DNA of 64,000 bases from NCBI GenBank assembly GCA_951406725.2, contig OX597836.1, forward strand, positions 13,826,001 to 13,890,000, written 5' to 3'. The position numbers were made by a program, and so were the translations under genes. A model generated the notes under the pieces. The model was not told the DNA's origin. It ran no database searches and saw only the letters and a list, made by a program, of their open reading frames with translations. Source of the DNA: Octopus vulgaris. Lineage: Eukaryota. Below, piece after piece: positions 36,203-49,281 of the stretch (within the stretch, counting starts at the first letter, position 1; each line of letters begins with the position of its first letter).

Positions 36203-36581
36203 CTAGCACTATGACCCGGCAATACTGGGTCATAGTGCTAGTGCATGCATATACAGCTGCATGCGTGCACACATACACGGGAGTACTGTCCAAATCTCCG
36301 ACCAATTGCATACAGCTAGCTGGCATTCAATTGGCATATCAAGTTTCGGGCATTTTGATTGGGTTTTGGATAGAAAATTCACAAAAAAGTCACTTCTATT
36401 GATCCTTTAATAGCTTTGCGGGGTGACTGGGGAAATGTAAAGATGTGCACGACCACCCTTGGACGGTTTTGAATGACCATAGAAAGTGCAAGCCCTCTAA
36501 CTGAAAAATTGTGGATTTGTATAAAGGACACACGCACGTGCACACACAGACATTTTGCCGTTTATATATATAGAGAAGAGA
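36203..36581 (-). mobile_element. Non-autonomous Helitron
   Basis: Minus strand A|TCTCTTCTCTATATATATAAACGGCA ... GACCCAGTATTGCCGGGTCATAGTGCTAG|T; 5' end shared with the 44693 copy. Confidence 0.75.
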
Positions 36582-36962
36582 TAATATAGTTAGATGTGTG
36601 TGTGGGAGGCGGAGCACACAAATGAATAGATACGTAAAAGTCAGTTGTGGATACAAATGTCAGTGTGTATACATTTACACCCACCCTGTACATACCAAGG
36701 AGTGCTCACATTAATGTGTATGAGTGTGACAACAGAGGAAGATACAGGTGCAAAAATGTGCTTAATAAATATTAACAAGAAACAGATGGCAGGGGAACAG
36801 GGGTGTTATTAACTTCAGGTGAAGTTAGCAGACCATGGTATTAGACATGATAAAAATATGTTAATGTCTATATTAGTGTATTAGTATAGTATGTACCTGA
36901 GGAATTTCAGTACACACCAGTCAACAGCACTGAACCAATCTTCCCCATCAAGGTACCCTGAC

Positions 36963-37012
<50 letters not shown>

Positions 37013-37014
37013 GT

Positions 37015-37310
37015 GAGGTTGTGAGCTCGAATCCCGGACCGGGCTGCGTGTTGTGTTCTTGAGCAAGGCACTTTATTTCACGTTGCTCCAGTTCACTCAG
37101 CTGTAGAAATGAGTTGCGACGTCACTGGTGCCAAGCTGTATCGACCATTGTCTTTCCCTTGGATAATACTGGTGGTGTGGAGAGGGGAGGCCGGTATGCA
37201 TGGGCGACTACTGGTCTTCCATAAAACAACCTTGCCCAGACTTGTGCCTCAGAGGGTAACTCTCTAGGTGCAATCCCATGGTCATTCATGACCGAAGGGG
37301 GTCTTTACCC
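37015..37310 (+). mobile_element. 5'-truncated tRNA-derived SINE (family D-type core, different tail)
   Basis: B box GCTCGAATCCC, then GTTGTGTTCTTGAGCAA..CACTT.ATTTCA.GTTGCTCCAGT shared with 24035-24085. Confidence 0.75.
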
Positions 37311-37317
37311 TTTTATA

Positions 37318-37700
37318 TACTCTTTTACTTGTTTCAGTCATTTGACTATGGCCATGCTGGAGCACCGCCTTTAGTTGAACAAATCGACCCCGGGACTTAT
37401 TCTTTGTAAGCCTAGTACTTATTCTATTGGCCTCTTTTGCTGAACCGCTAAGTTACGGGGATGTAAACACACCAGCATCGGTTGTCAAGCGGGGGGGGGG
37501 ACAAACACAGACACACAAACATATACACATACACATTCATATATCATATATATATATATATATATATATACGACGGGTTTCTTTCAGTTTCCGTCTACCA
37601 AATCCACTTATAAGGCTTTGTTCGGCCACGCAGTGGGACTGAACCAAGAAACATGTGGTTCGTTAGCAAGCTACTTACTACACAGCCACTCCTACGCCTA
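37318..37700 (-). mobile_element. SINE family A with internal deletion
   Basis: Colinear with the other family A copies. Confidence 0.88.
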
Positions 37701-37829
37701 TATATATATATATCATACGAAGAAGACAGGTGACAGTACACACCTTTGGTAGAGCCCAACTACAAATCCAGACTGTCCAGTTAGCCTTGTGAGTGAATTT
37801 TATAGATGGAAATTGTGTGGAAGATTAGG

Positions 37830-37987
37830 GTGTAGCTGTGTGGTAAGAAGCTTGCTTCCCAACCATATGGTTCCAGGTTCAGTCCCACTGCATGACACCT
37901 TGGGCAAGTGTCTTCTTCCATAGCCTCGAGCCAACCAAAACCTTGTGAGTGGATTTGGTAGATGGAAACTGAAAGAAGCCTATCGTA

Positions 37988-38034
<47 letters not shown>

Positions 38035-38237
38035 ATTTGTGTGTCTGTGTTTGTCCCCCACCATCACTTGACAACTGATGTTGGTGTGTTTACATCCCTG
38101 TAACTTAAGCAGTTTGGCAAAAGGGACTGATAGAATAAATACTAGGTTTGCAAGTCCTGGTGTCGATTTGTTTGACCAGAGGTGATGCTCCAGCATGGCT
38201 GGAGTCAAATAACTGAAACAAGTAAAAGGATAAAAGA

Positions 38238-38238
<1 letters not shown>
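37830..38238 (+). mobile_element. SINE family A, diverged, head-to-head with the preceding copy
   Basis: Colinear with the other family A copies. Confidence 0.88.
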
Positions 38239-38285
<47 letters not shown>

Positions 38286-38399
38286 ATATGCGCGTCTGTG
38301 TGTGTACGTATGCACATACATACACACACAATTTTTATACATATGCAACATGTGCCTATATATTCGTTTTTTTTACTGATTTCAGTAACTGATCAATTG

Positions 38400-38489
38400 A
38401 GAGAGAGAAAGATGAACAGATAGACAGGCAGACAGACAGACAGACAAATGAACAGACAAACAGGCAGATGGACAAAGAGATAGACAAAG

Positions 38490-38548
<59 letters not shown>

Positions 38549-38675
38549 CAGATAGATAGATAGATATAGATAGATAGATATAGATAGATATAGATAGATA
38601 GATAGACAGATGAACAGACAAACAGGCAGATGGACAAAGAGATAGATAGATAGACAGATATAGATATAGATAGAC

Positions 38676-38752
<77 letters not shown>

Positions 38753-38795
38753 TAGATAGATAGATAGGTACATAGATAGATAGATAGATAGGTAC

Positions 38796-38888
<93 letters not shown>

Positions 38889-38997
38889 CAGATATAGATA
38901 GATATAGATAGATAGATAGACAGATAGATAGACAGACAGACAGACAGACAGGCATATTGTCATGCAGATAGATAGACAAACGGAGACAGACAGACAG
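38400..38997. repeat. Long (GATA)n/(GACA)n microsatellite with a duplicated interruption
   Basis: atgaacagacaaacaggcagatggacaaagagat occurs at ~38448 and ~38610. Confidence 0.95.
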
Positions 38998-39633
38998 TGA
39001 TTTACACATACAAAGAGGAAGAAATAAAGAGAATGGGGTGGAAGTAAGTGATCTACCATAAAAGTGGGATAAATAATATGTTTATACAAATAAAATGAGA
39101 AACAGAACCAAGGAAATGGCAGAGCAGCTCTCAAAATTTCTTCCCCAACTTTCACTTTCATTCTTACTGCGACGCCAAAAAACTGGATCTTTGAACTTCC
39201 CCCTCCACCTTGCGACTACATTTTTTTATGACAACAACACCTTAGGTCGAGCTCAAATAAAACTGACCTGGGGTTAAATGGACACCCTCTTCCCTCAGCA
39301 TATAATAAACAGTTTGTAATCCACTTAACAAAAAAAATGTCATGTTTGAAAGTCAAAAAATTTCAGCAACACACAAAGGTGAGTTAACGAGTTACGAGAG
39401 CAACAAGGTGGAAATTTTAATGTTTCTGGCTGTGTTTACGCATGCTGTTACACACACACACACACACACACGATGTTCAAATCTTGTCGGAGTCAAAATC
39501 ACTTTATTTCACCTTTTCATCTTTCTTGGGTCAGATAAAATAAAGTAGCAATCAGGTACTTCTGGGGCCAGTTTAATTGCTCCTACGAAATTATCCTATA
39601 TACCTATATGACCACATTACATTATAAATAGAT

Positions 39634-39666
<33 letters not shown>

Positions 39667-40047
39667 AATATAACATACATCCATACATGTATAAATTTAA
39701 CATACATGACATTTATTCATAACAACATACATACATTATGTTTATTCACAACATACACACATACATAACATAATGTATATACACTTCATACACATACTTT
39801 ACATATATACAGCATGAATACATTACATATGTAACATACATATAAACATCATACACATATACCACACATATACATACATACATACATACATAGGTGAGTG
39901 AGTTGGTATATATATATATGTAAATATATATACAGAAATAACATACATACATAATATATACACATAACATATATAATATATACACATATGCACATTAGAC
40001 ACACATTGTATACATGCATATAAACATCATACACATATACCACACAT

Positions 40048-40154
<107 letters not shown>

Positions 40155-40286
40155 AAAAGGAGATGTCGAACACGAGTGGTGATATATATATATATAGGGA
40201 GAGTTCACGAAAAAAACAAAAGACGAAGACAGGTGGTGTACAAAACAAACAGACGTATTAGTATAACGCTCAGGAATAGAAAAAGT

Positions 40287-40322
40287 CTTTTACGTTTCGA
40301 GCCTACGCTCTTCTACAGAAAG
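40287..40322 (-). ncRNA. Minimal hammerhead-like motif in a ~185-bp element (40196-40380)
   Basis: Minus strand CTTT | CTGTAGA | A GAGC-GTAG-GCTC | GAAA | CG | TA | AAAG. Confidence 0.62.
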
Positions 40323-40896
40323 GGACACAGAAAAAAGAAGGAGAGAAAAAAAATGTGTGTAGTGGCTAACGATCTATCATACACAGACATAACATATATA
40401 TATACATACACACACATCCATTACATACATATACACATATACACTACATTCACGTACATATATTACATACATATTGTATACATGCATACATACATATTTA
40501 GGCAGCCTAGTGTAGTACGTGACATACAATAACATGAGAGGGTCACGATTAGAAAGCTTCTGATTATAACTCTTGTCCGTTCAAGGCTAAAAATAAACAT
40601 CTACGTAATAAAAACACCTTCATATGGAATCCTCACAGTTTTAGTTTCAATTTCACACTCAGAGGTACTTCGCTTTATTCCCCCACCACCACCACCACCA
40701 CCACCCATCCAATATTCAATTCAGAACTAATAACAGCTGCTGGCTTCATTGAACAGCAACAACAGCCAGTGCTTCCATTGGTCTCCCATACATCTCTGAT
40801 TCATTGTGTGTTTGTAAAAGAGAAAGTTTGAGATGGTGAGGACTTGTGTTTGCGTGTGTGCATGTGTGTTTATATACACGTGTATAAATGTGTGTT

Positions 40897-40954
<58 letters not shown>

Positions 40955-40975
40955 AATGTATATATGTGTGTGTGT

Positions 40976-41140
40976 CATCATCATCATCATCGTTTAGCGT
41001 CCGCTTTCCATGCTGGCATGGGTTGGACGGTTCAACTGGGGTCTGGGAAGCCAGAAGGCTGCACCAGGCCCAGTCTGATCTGGCAATGTTTCTACGGCTG
41101 GATGCCCTTCCTAACGCCAACCACTCCGTGAGTGTAGTGT
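40976..41140 (-). mobile_element. Retroposon family B, 5'-truncated
   Basis: (CAT)n plus family body. Confidence 0.88.
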
Positions 41141-41157
41141 ATATATGTGTGTTTATG

Positions 41158-41190
<33 letters not shown>

Positions 41191-41371
41191 ATATATATAT
41201 ATATATACATACACACACATGTGCATGTGTATATATGCATGTGAATATATGTTTATGTGCATGTAGATATATGTGTATACATCTATGTATATGTAAATAC
41301 ATATATAATATGTGTGCGTGTATGTATGTGAGTATATATATGTGTGTGTGTGTATGCATGTATATATATAT

Positions 41372-41670
41372 AGTAGAGGCACATGGCCTAGTGGTTAGAG
41401 CAGTGGACTCACGGTCGAGGGATCGCGGGTTCGAATCTCAGACCGGGCGATGTGTGTGTTTATGAGTGAAACACCTAAGCTCCACGCGGCTCCGGCAGAA
41501 GGTAATGGCGAAACATCTGCTGACTCTTTCGCCACAACTTTCTCTCGTCCTGCATCTTGCAGCTCACCTGCGACAGACCGGCTTCCTGTCCAGGTGGGGA
41601 ACCTATACGCCAGAAACCGGGAAACCGGCCCTTATGAGCCAGCCATGGCTCGAGAAGGAACAAACAAAAT
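41372..41670 (+). mobile_element. SINE family C in a (TA)n tract
   Basis: A/B boxes; colinear with 13076 and 35518 copies. Confidence 0.9.
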
Positions 41671-42024
41671 ATATATATATATCATGTTTTCCCCTGTTGC
41701 CTTGGAACATTATATTCCCTACTATTAATAATTATATATATAATGTATAAATGTACATATATATGTAGATGGTAAATCCTGACTCACTTCTCTACAGCAA
41801 GACATCTGTTTCTGTCCGTCTGTCATACTCTAACCTCTAATCACTTGACACAAAGCCAACTTCATCACAACTACTAAACCATCAGCTGATGGGTCATGTC
41901 TTGCAAATTACCTGGTGACCTAGCTGGTGCTGGTGTCTCATAAAAGCTCCCAGTACACTCTGTAAAGTAATTGGAATTAGTAAGGGCATCCAGCCATAGA
42001 AAGCATGCCAAAGGAGGGAGTACA

Positions 42025-42545
42025 GCCAGGTGCAGTCTTGTGGCTTGCCAGCTCCTGTCAAACCGATACCAGCACAGAAAATGGACGTTAAATGCTGACA
42101 ATGATCATATACACACACTCATACATACACGCACAAGTGGATGTATGTATATACATGTGTATGCATAAATGTGTGAGTATACAGAAGTGAATATATGTAA
42201 GCCAGGCACAGTCATCTGGCTTGCTAGCTTTTGTCAAACTGTCAAACCCATACCAGCAAGGAAAATGGACATTAAATGACGACAATGATCGTATATACAC
42301 ACAGACATGAGTGGATGTGTGTATGTACATGTGTATGCATAAATGTGTGAGTATACAGAAGTGAATTATATGTATAGCTAGGCAAATAAGTGAATGCATA
42401 TACAGCTAAGCACAGCTGGCCAGGTCCCGTCAAACCCAAACCAGTAGAGAAAATGGACATTAACTGAATACAGTGATAGATACACACACACACAACAAAG
42501 TGGATGTATGTATAGATATGTGTATGCATAAATGTATGTGTAGAC
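42025..42545 (+). repeat. Three diverged tandem units (~180 bp) of family B tail plus flank
   Basis: aaaatggac(g/a)ttaa ... gtggatgt(a/g)tgtat ... gtgtatgcataaatgt repeated at ~42078, ~42262, ~42450. Confidence 0.8.
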
Positions 42546-42723
42546 ATAAGTGAATGTATGTGTGTGTGTGTACTTCATTGTATTGACCAGGCTATCGGAT
42601 ATTGTCATACACCGCTGATTACAATGCACTTTCAATTTTCTTGATTGCACCATTCTTTTCTATCTTGCTCCAAACTGTTTTACTAAATCATCTTGCCATC
42701 ATTTTGGCGGCCTTCAACATGAC

Positions 42724-42755
<32 letters not shown>

Positions 42756-42758
<3 letters not shown>

Positions 42759-43082
42759 TCATCATCGTTTAACATTCACTTTCAATGCTGGCATGGGTTG
42801 GACGGTTTGACTGAGGACTGGCGAGCCAGACGGCTGCACTAGGCTCCAATCTGATCTGGCAGAGTTTCTACAGCTGGATGTCCTTCCTAACGCCAACCCC
42901 TCTGAGAGTGTAGTGGGTGCTTTTACATGCCACCGGCACAAGGACCAGTCAGGCAGTACTTGCAATGGCCATGCTCAAATGGTATTATTATGTGCCACCT
43001 GCAGAGGAGCCAGTCCAGTGGCACTGGCAACGCCCTCGCTCGAATGTTTTTTTTCATGTGCCACCAACACAAGTGCCAGTAA
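42756..43082 (-). mobile_element. Retroposon family B, long copy
   Basis: (CAT)n plus body plus subrepeats. Confidence 0.88.
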
Positions 43083-43129
43083 GGGGAAGAAAAAAAATAT
43101 ATATCCACTCCCAAGGCTTTGGCTGGCCC

Positions 43130-43475
43130 AGTGAAATAAATCAACTCTCAGCCCTAATTTTTTTTTTTCTGTTTTAGGGCCTGGTACCTATTCTATCAAT
43201 CTCATATACCAAACTGCTAAGTTATGGGGATGTAAACAAACTAACACCAGTTGTCAAGCCACGGCGGGGAACAAATACAACAAAAAAAAAACACAACACA
43301 CACATAAGTAAATAACAGGCTTTTTTCAGCCACCATCTACTAAATCTACTCACAAGGCTTTAAACAGCTTGGCATTATAGAAGACACTTGCCCAAGGTGC
43401 AACACAGTGGGACTGAACCCAAAACCAAGTGGTTGGGAACCAAACTTCTTAACCACACTGCCACACCTGCACCCA
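43130..43475 (-). mobile_element. Diverged SINE family A lacking its tail; first ~135 bp duplicated at 26369-26510
   Basis: gggcctggtacc...caagccacgg identical at both loci. Confidence 0.85.
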
Positions 43476-44131
43476 TATGTTTCGTTTTATTACCTTCCAT
43501 TCTAATTTAATGAATGGCCATTTGGCTAAAATAATGTTTTTTAGATAACAAAAACCCACTAACTTAATAGATCATGAAAGAGTTAGTGGTTTTGTATAAT
43601 TAAGGCCCTTCAGATAACTCGATTATCTTCAAAATTAATTGTGACATATAATGCGTAGGGTATTTAATTAGAAATATGCAGAAATATGGTAACAAAAGGA
43701 TCAAAAAGAATGCCTGAAGTGGAATGAACAGACATTATTGCTAGGAATGTGCTCACGCACAAAGGCCTAGTGTGTGTGTGTGTATGTGTGTTCTGTTTAG
43801 CTCTAGGCTAACCCTAATTCAAAAAATTTACTATTAAACGTGTTTCAGCTATGACCATCCCATATCATATTCAACTATAGTTTGTCTAGAGCCATATTGT
43901 TATCCAATGCATTCTTCCTTTGAAACAAAAGGGTAACGTTCTGAGGGAGATTTAGCTGCTATTTCTAATAGGTCAAGTGACCACAAAGAGGCTCCTTCTA
44001 TGGCTCATTCCTGTACCTGTTGTTACTGTTTTAGCCCCAGAGGAACACAGAAATAAACAGGGAGAGAAAATAGAAAAGGTTTAGTGGCTAACAATCTATC
44101 ATGGTGAATGCCGGATAGATTGCTAGCCACC

Positions 44132-44164
<33 letters not shown>

Positions 44165-44550
44165 TAGGAAGGGCATCCAGCCGTAGAAACACTGCCAGAT
44201 CTGACTGGGCCTGACGAAGCCTTCCAGCTTCACAGACACCAGTTGACCCGTCCAACCCATGCTAGCATGGAAAACGGACGCTAAACGACGATGATGATGA
44301 TGATGATGATTGGATTAATAATTGGCAGAAGTTACAAAGTTACTCAAGAACTGAGAGTTTTGTGTATCAACACTAAGCATGCTATCTACCTACCTATCCA
44401 TCTATCTCCATATATACATATATATATATATAAAGGAATGAGTTAGGTTATTGAGATGGCAATACATATTCTAGCTATATATATATATATATATGTTGGA
44501 TCGTTAGCCCCTACACGCAATTTTTTCTCTCCTTGTTTCTTTTCTGTGTA

Positions 44551-44588
44551 TCTTTCTGTCGAAGAGCGTAGGCTCGAAACGTAAAAGA
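44551..44588 (+). ncRNA. Minimal hammerhead-like motif in a ~190-bp element (44495-44685)
   Basis: TCTTT | CTGTCGA | A GAGC-GTAG-GCTC | GAAA | CG | TA | AAAGA; 5-bp stem I, 4-bp stem II, palindromic ACGT stem III region. Confidence 0.68.
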
Positions 44589-44692
44589 CTTTTTCTATTT
44601 CTATTCCTGAGCGCCATACTAATACATTGTTTGTTTGTACTCCACCTGCCTTCGTCTTTTGTTTATTTTCGTAAACCTTCCCGTTATATATA

Positions 44693-45052
44693 TCTCTCTC
44701 TATATAAACGGCAGTTTGTCTGTGCGTTTTCTGTGTGTCTGTTTTCTTGTACCCTCACTCTGACCACGGCTTTCAACCGATTCTGATGAAACTTGACACA
44801 CACATAGCCCAATGTCATAATTCAAAACTAACGCAGCGAAAATTTTGAAAAGTTCCCCCATTTCTGAAAAAAATCGATAAATTCGACATGGGGTCGAGAA
44901 TCAGAAACCCAAACCACAGACCGTCTAGGGGACGCAACTCCACCTTTTTTAACTCAAAAATAATTTACCTCCATTTTTTTGCTATAACTCTCTAAAAATG
45001 CTTTATAGTTATTTCCCTTACAAACCTGAGCAACGCCGGGCGATACTGCTAG
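44693..45052 (+). mobile_element. Non-autonomous Helitron
   Basis: A|TCTCTCTCTATATAAACGGCA ... CAAACCTGAGCAACGCCGGGCGATACTGCTAG|T; 3' end shared with the 13691 copy. Confidence 0.85.
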
Positions 45053-45082
45053 TATATATATATATATATATATATTGAGCAC

Positions 45083-45375
45083 TGTGAAGGCACATGGCCT
45101 AGTGGTTAGAGCAGCAGACTCGCGATCGAGGGATCACAGGGAATTTCAGGCCAGGTGATGTGTGTGTTTATAAGTGAAACACCTAAGCTCCACATGGCTC
45201 CAGCAGAAGGTAATGGCGAACTTCTGCTGACATTTTCACCCCAACTTTCTCTCACTCTTTCCTCCAGCATCTTACAGCTCACCTGCGATGGACCGGCGTC
45301 CCGTCCAAGTGGGGAGCCTATACACCAAGGGAAACCGGCCTTTATGAGCCAGGCATGGCTCGAGAAGGAACAAAC
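45083..45375 (+). mobile_element. SINE family C, diverged
   Basis: Colinear with the other family C copies. Confidence 0.87.
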
Positions 45376-45780
45376 ATATCGAGCATTGGGCCTTTCTGAG
45401 GCAGGGTGGCCGATGCTAGTGTCATGCCACCGGCACCTGTACCAGTAGCATGTAAAAAGCACCTTTCGAGCGGTGGGCTTCATGGAGGCAATGATAAACG
45501 ACTGAGACCTTTGGCAATATGCTGTGCTTGACAAGTAGACCTATCAAGCCAAGTGAAACTATAGTTGTGACAGATACTAGTGTCATGCAACTGACATCCA
45601 TGCCAGTGGCACAGAAAAGCAACCGCTACACTCTTGGAGTGGTTGGCATTAGGAAGGGTATCCAACCATAGAAACCATGCCAAATTAGACTGGAGTCTGG
45701 TGCAGCCCCTCAACTTACCAGCTCTGGTCAAACCATCCAACCCATGCCAGCATAGACAACGAACATTATATGAGATATAT

Positions 45781-46172
45781 ACTCTTTTACTTGTTTCAGT
45801 CATTTGACTGCAGCCATGCTGGAGCACCGCCTTTTAGTCGAGCAAATCGACACCGGGACTTATTCTTTGTAAGCCCAGTACTTATTCTATCGGTCTCTTT
45901 TTGCCGAACCGCTAAGTGACGGGGACGTAAACATACCAGCATCGGTTGTCAAGCAATGCTAGGGGGACAAACACAGACACATAAACAACACACATATATA
46001 TATATACATATATACGATGGCTTCTTTCAGTTTCCGTCTACAAATCCACTCACAAGGCATTGGTCGGCCCGAGGCTATAGCATAGAAGACACTTGCCCAA
46101 GGTGCCACGTAGTGGGACTGAACCCGGAACCATGTGGTTCGTAAGCAAGCTACTTACCACACAGCCACTCCT
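45781..46172 (-). mobile_element. SINE family A, full length
   Basis: Colinear with the other family A copies. Confidence 0.92.
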
Positions 46173-46195
46173 GTATATATATATACACACACACA

Positions 46196-46228
<33 letters not shown>

Positions 46229-47039
46229 ATTTATTTGCAGTGTGTTTGAAAACATAGCACATACTAAAACACACACACATTTTATTTGTAATGATACAAT
46301 GAACAAGTCGTTAAGGTAATCAAGCAAACGGCCTATTACATTAGCTTAATCGTTCAGACCTTGTAGCAACCCTTCATTAACTTTTAACCCAGTTAAAATG
46401 CTCCGCTTAACCTGGCCTAGGTTTATATAATGGGCTGAAACAAAAAAAAAAAGAAAGAAAATAACAAAAAGAAAGGTAATAAGAACAATAAAATTGGTGG
46501 GGGTGGGGATTTTTTTAGGTCACTTCAGCCAATGTTAGTTAAAAGCCAGTTTTTTTTTGTTTTGTTTTGAAGTTAAATTCCTGAAAATGTTTGAATTTGA
46601 AATTTACTAAAATATTTTCAACCCAATGAGAAATGAGCCAAAGAGTAGTCATTTGCCTGATGGCTTGATTTGCAAGAAATAGCAGTCAAATTTCTCCTCA
46701 ACCACACTAACTATACTGTGTTAAAAAGAAGGACACATTGCATAACATACACCAGGATATACTATTCTAGTAGGAAAAAAAAAAAACCTTATCCTCTATT
46801 TTTAACTTGTTTCAGTCAGTGGACTGCGGCCAAGCTGGGGCACCACGCAAAGAGTTTAGTCAAACAAATTGACATCTTTTTTTTTGTTTTTTTTTAATTC
46901 TGGTATTTACTTTATCAGTCTCTTTTGCTGAACTGCTAAGTTACAAGGACGTAAACAAACCAACACCAGTTGTTAAAAGATGGCGGGGAGAGGTTGGCGA
47001 GACAAACACAACATAAACACATGGGAGAAAATAATAATT

Positions 47040-49200
47040 GCTTCTGATTTAGTCACAAGGTCGGTTATTTCGAGGGGAAGGGGACCAGTAGATTACATCA
47101 AACCCAGTGCTTTATGGGTACTTTATTTTATCATGCCTGGAGGGATGAAAGGCATAGTTGACCTCAGCAGGATTTGAGCTCAGAACATATAAAGCCAGAA
47201 TGAAAACTGCAAGGTACTTTTACCAATGCACCACGATTCCTGCCAGACTGCTTGCTCTCTGAATCATGCTTTGTACTAAGGGCACAAGGCCTGGAATTTT
47301 AGAAGGGCCCAGTCGATTACATCGACCCCAATATTTGACAGGTATTACTTTAGTAAGTTAATCCAAACATGAAAACACAAAGAGAAAACACAACACGAGG
47401 ATGTGAAACAAATATAGTATTATTGGACACTCAGGAAAAAAGGAGGGTTTAACATTTTGAGCGGAGCTCTTTGTCAGAAACATAGGAAAAGGAAAGAGCC
47501 AAAGAAGGGAAGACAGAGGAAAAAAATTGCCAACAGTACACACACGGTCACATTACTTTAGTAACCCTGAAAGACTGAAAGGCAAAGTCAACCTCAGTGA
47601 AATTTGAACTCAGAACATAAAGACAAACAAAATGCCACTAAGCATTTTGTCTAGGATGCAAATGATTCTGTGGGATGACCTCAGCAGCAGGGGAGCTGAC
47701 CGGAACTTGGGAGCTGACCAGAAGAGGAAGGGTGCAGGAGTGACGTGTGCGCAGGCAGGGGACGATTGGGCCTTTTCGATCGGGGTAGCCAACAGGGCTG
47801 GACGTGTGAGCGCTTTGACATGGTAAGGGAAAAGCAGCTGCTATTTTTAGCGTTCAGGTCGGGCCACATGGAAGGGTGCGTTACCACTGGAGAGGTCTGC
47901 ATCGACGAAGAGAAGGTAGGTGTCTTTACTTCAAATCTCCCACATACACCACAGATTCTGTCAGTTCATTGTCTTAGTAATAATAATAACAGGTTTCAAA
48001 TTTTGGCACAAGGTTAGAAATTTTGAGGAAGGGGCTAAGTTGATTAAATCAACCCCAATGCTCCACTGGTACTTATTTTATCAACCCTGGAAGGATGAAA
48101 GGCAATGTCAACCATGGTAGAATTTGAACTCACAACCTAATGACATGAAACACCACTAAGCATTTTGCCCAGCCTGGTAATGGTTCTGCCAGCTCACCAT
48201 CTTAATAATATTGATGATGATGATGATAATCCTCTCTGCTACAGGCACAAGGCCTGAAATCTGGGAGAAGGGGATAATCAATTGCATCAACCCCAGTGTG
48301 TAACTGGTACTTATTTCATCGACCCCGAAAGGACAAACGGCAAAGTCGACCTCAGTGGCATCTGAATTCAAGATGTAAAGATGGACAAGATGCTGCTTAG
48401 TATTTTGCCTGGCATGCTAACGATTCTGCCAGCTTGCTTCTTTAATAATATCAATAATCCATTCAACTATAAGTGCAAAGCCTGAAATTTGGGAGAGGGG
48501 GACAATTGATTACATTGATTCTAGTAGTCAACAAGTACTTATTTTATCAACCCCTAGAGGATGAAAAGCAAAGCCGACCTCAGTGGAATTTGAACTCAGA
48601 ATGTAAAGACAAACAGACAGCCACTGAGCATTTTGCCCGATATGCTAACAATTCTGTCAGCTCACCACCTTATGTTGGTCTCTTAATAATGATTTTTAAT
48701 TTAATAAAAAATTTTTAAAAAAACAACAATTTTGAGGAAATGGATTTGTTGATACCCTAGAGCCCAGTTCTGGACTGATAGTTTATTTTATCCATTCCCC
48801 CCAAAAAGATGAAAGGCAAAGTTGTTCTTGGTGAGATTTGAACCTAGAATGCAAACAGGTGAAATAAATACTTTTACCGATCACTCTAAAGATTCTACGG
48901 AATAAAAAGAAATTTGTTTCATAAAAATGAAACAGATAAGGTAGATAATTCATAATTTCTATTAGAAATGATTTGCAAATGTGTAAAAATGAAAATATTC
49001 TTTTCTACTTTAGGCACAAGGCCTAAAATTTTGTGGGAGGAAGCCAGTTGATTAGATCGACCCCAGTATGCAACTGGTACTTAATTTATCAACCCTGAAA
49101 GAATGAAAGGCAAAGTCGACCTTGGTGGAATTTGAACTCAAAAACATGAAGATGGAAGAAATGCTAAATGGCATTTCTTCCATCTGAGCTTGCTACCTTG
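47040..49200 (-). mobile_element. Cluster of about 7 same-orientation diverged family E SINEs
   Basis: Recurrent GCACAAGG..TGAAATT / GGTACTTATTT / GATGAAAGGCAAAGTCGACCTC / GAATTTGAACTCAGAA blocks at ~47.05, 47.28, 48.00, 48.24, 48.47, 48.73, 49.01 kb. Confidence 0.85.
47357..47551 (-). mobile_element. 195-bp element with a CpG-decayed hammerhead-like motif (47447-47481) and 13-bp TSD
   Basis: TSD ATTACTTTAGTAA at 47344-47356 and 47552-47564; minus strand GTTT | CTGACAA | A GAGC-TCC-GCTC | AAAA | TG | TT | AAAC. Confidence 0.75.
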
Positions 49201-49281
49201 TATTGATAAAAAAATTTAAAATATCAAAAACTCATTTCAAATTGTTTTCAAAATGTTTGAAAATAGAGAAACCCCACTTAC

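Noticed and set aside
46280-46480. Minus-strand polypyrimidine tract plus TTTCAG as candidate exon 2 acceptor (~46433)
   Set aside because: Phase-0 reading stops after three codons (CCC ATT ATA TAA) and shows no PX similarity; a non-coding or poison exon cannot be excluded without RNA data
49237-49281. Last 14 codons (VSGVSLFSNILKTI*) of the 817-aa ORF
   Set aside because: Read-through past a consensus CAG|GTAAGT donor; would truncate the PX domain
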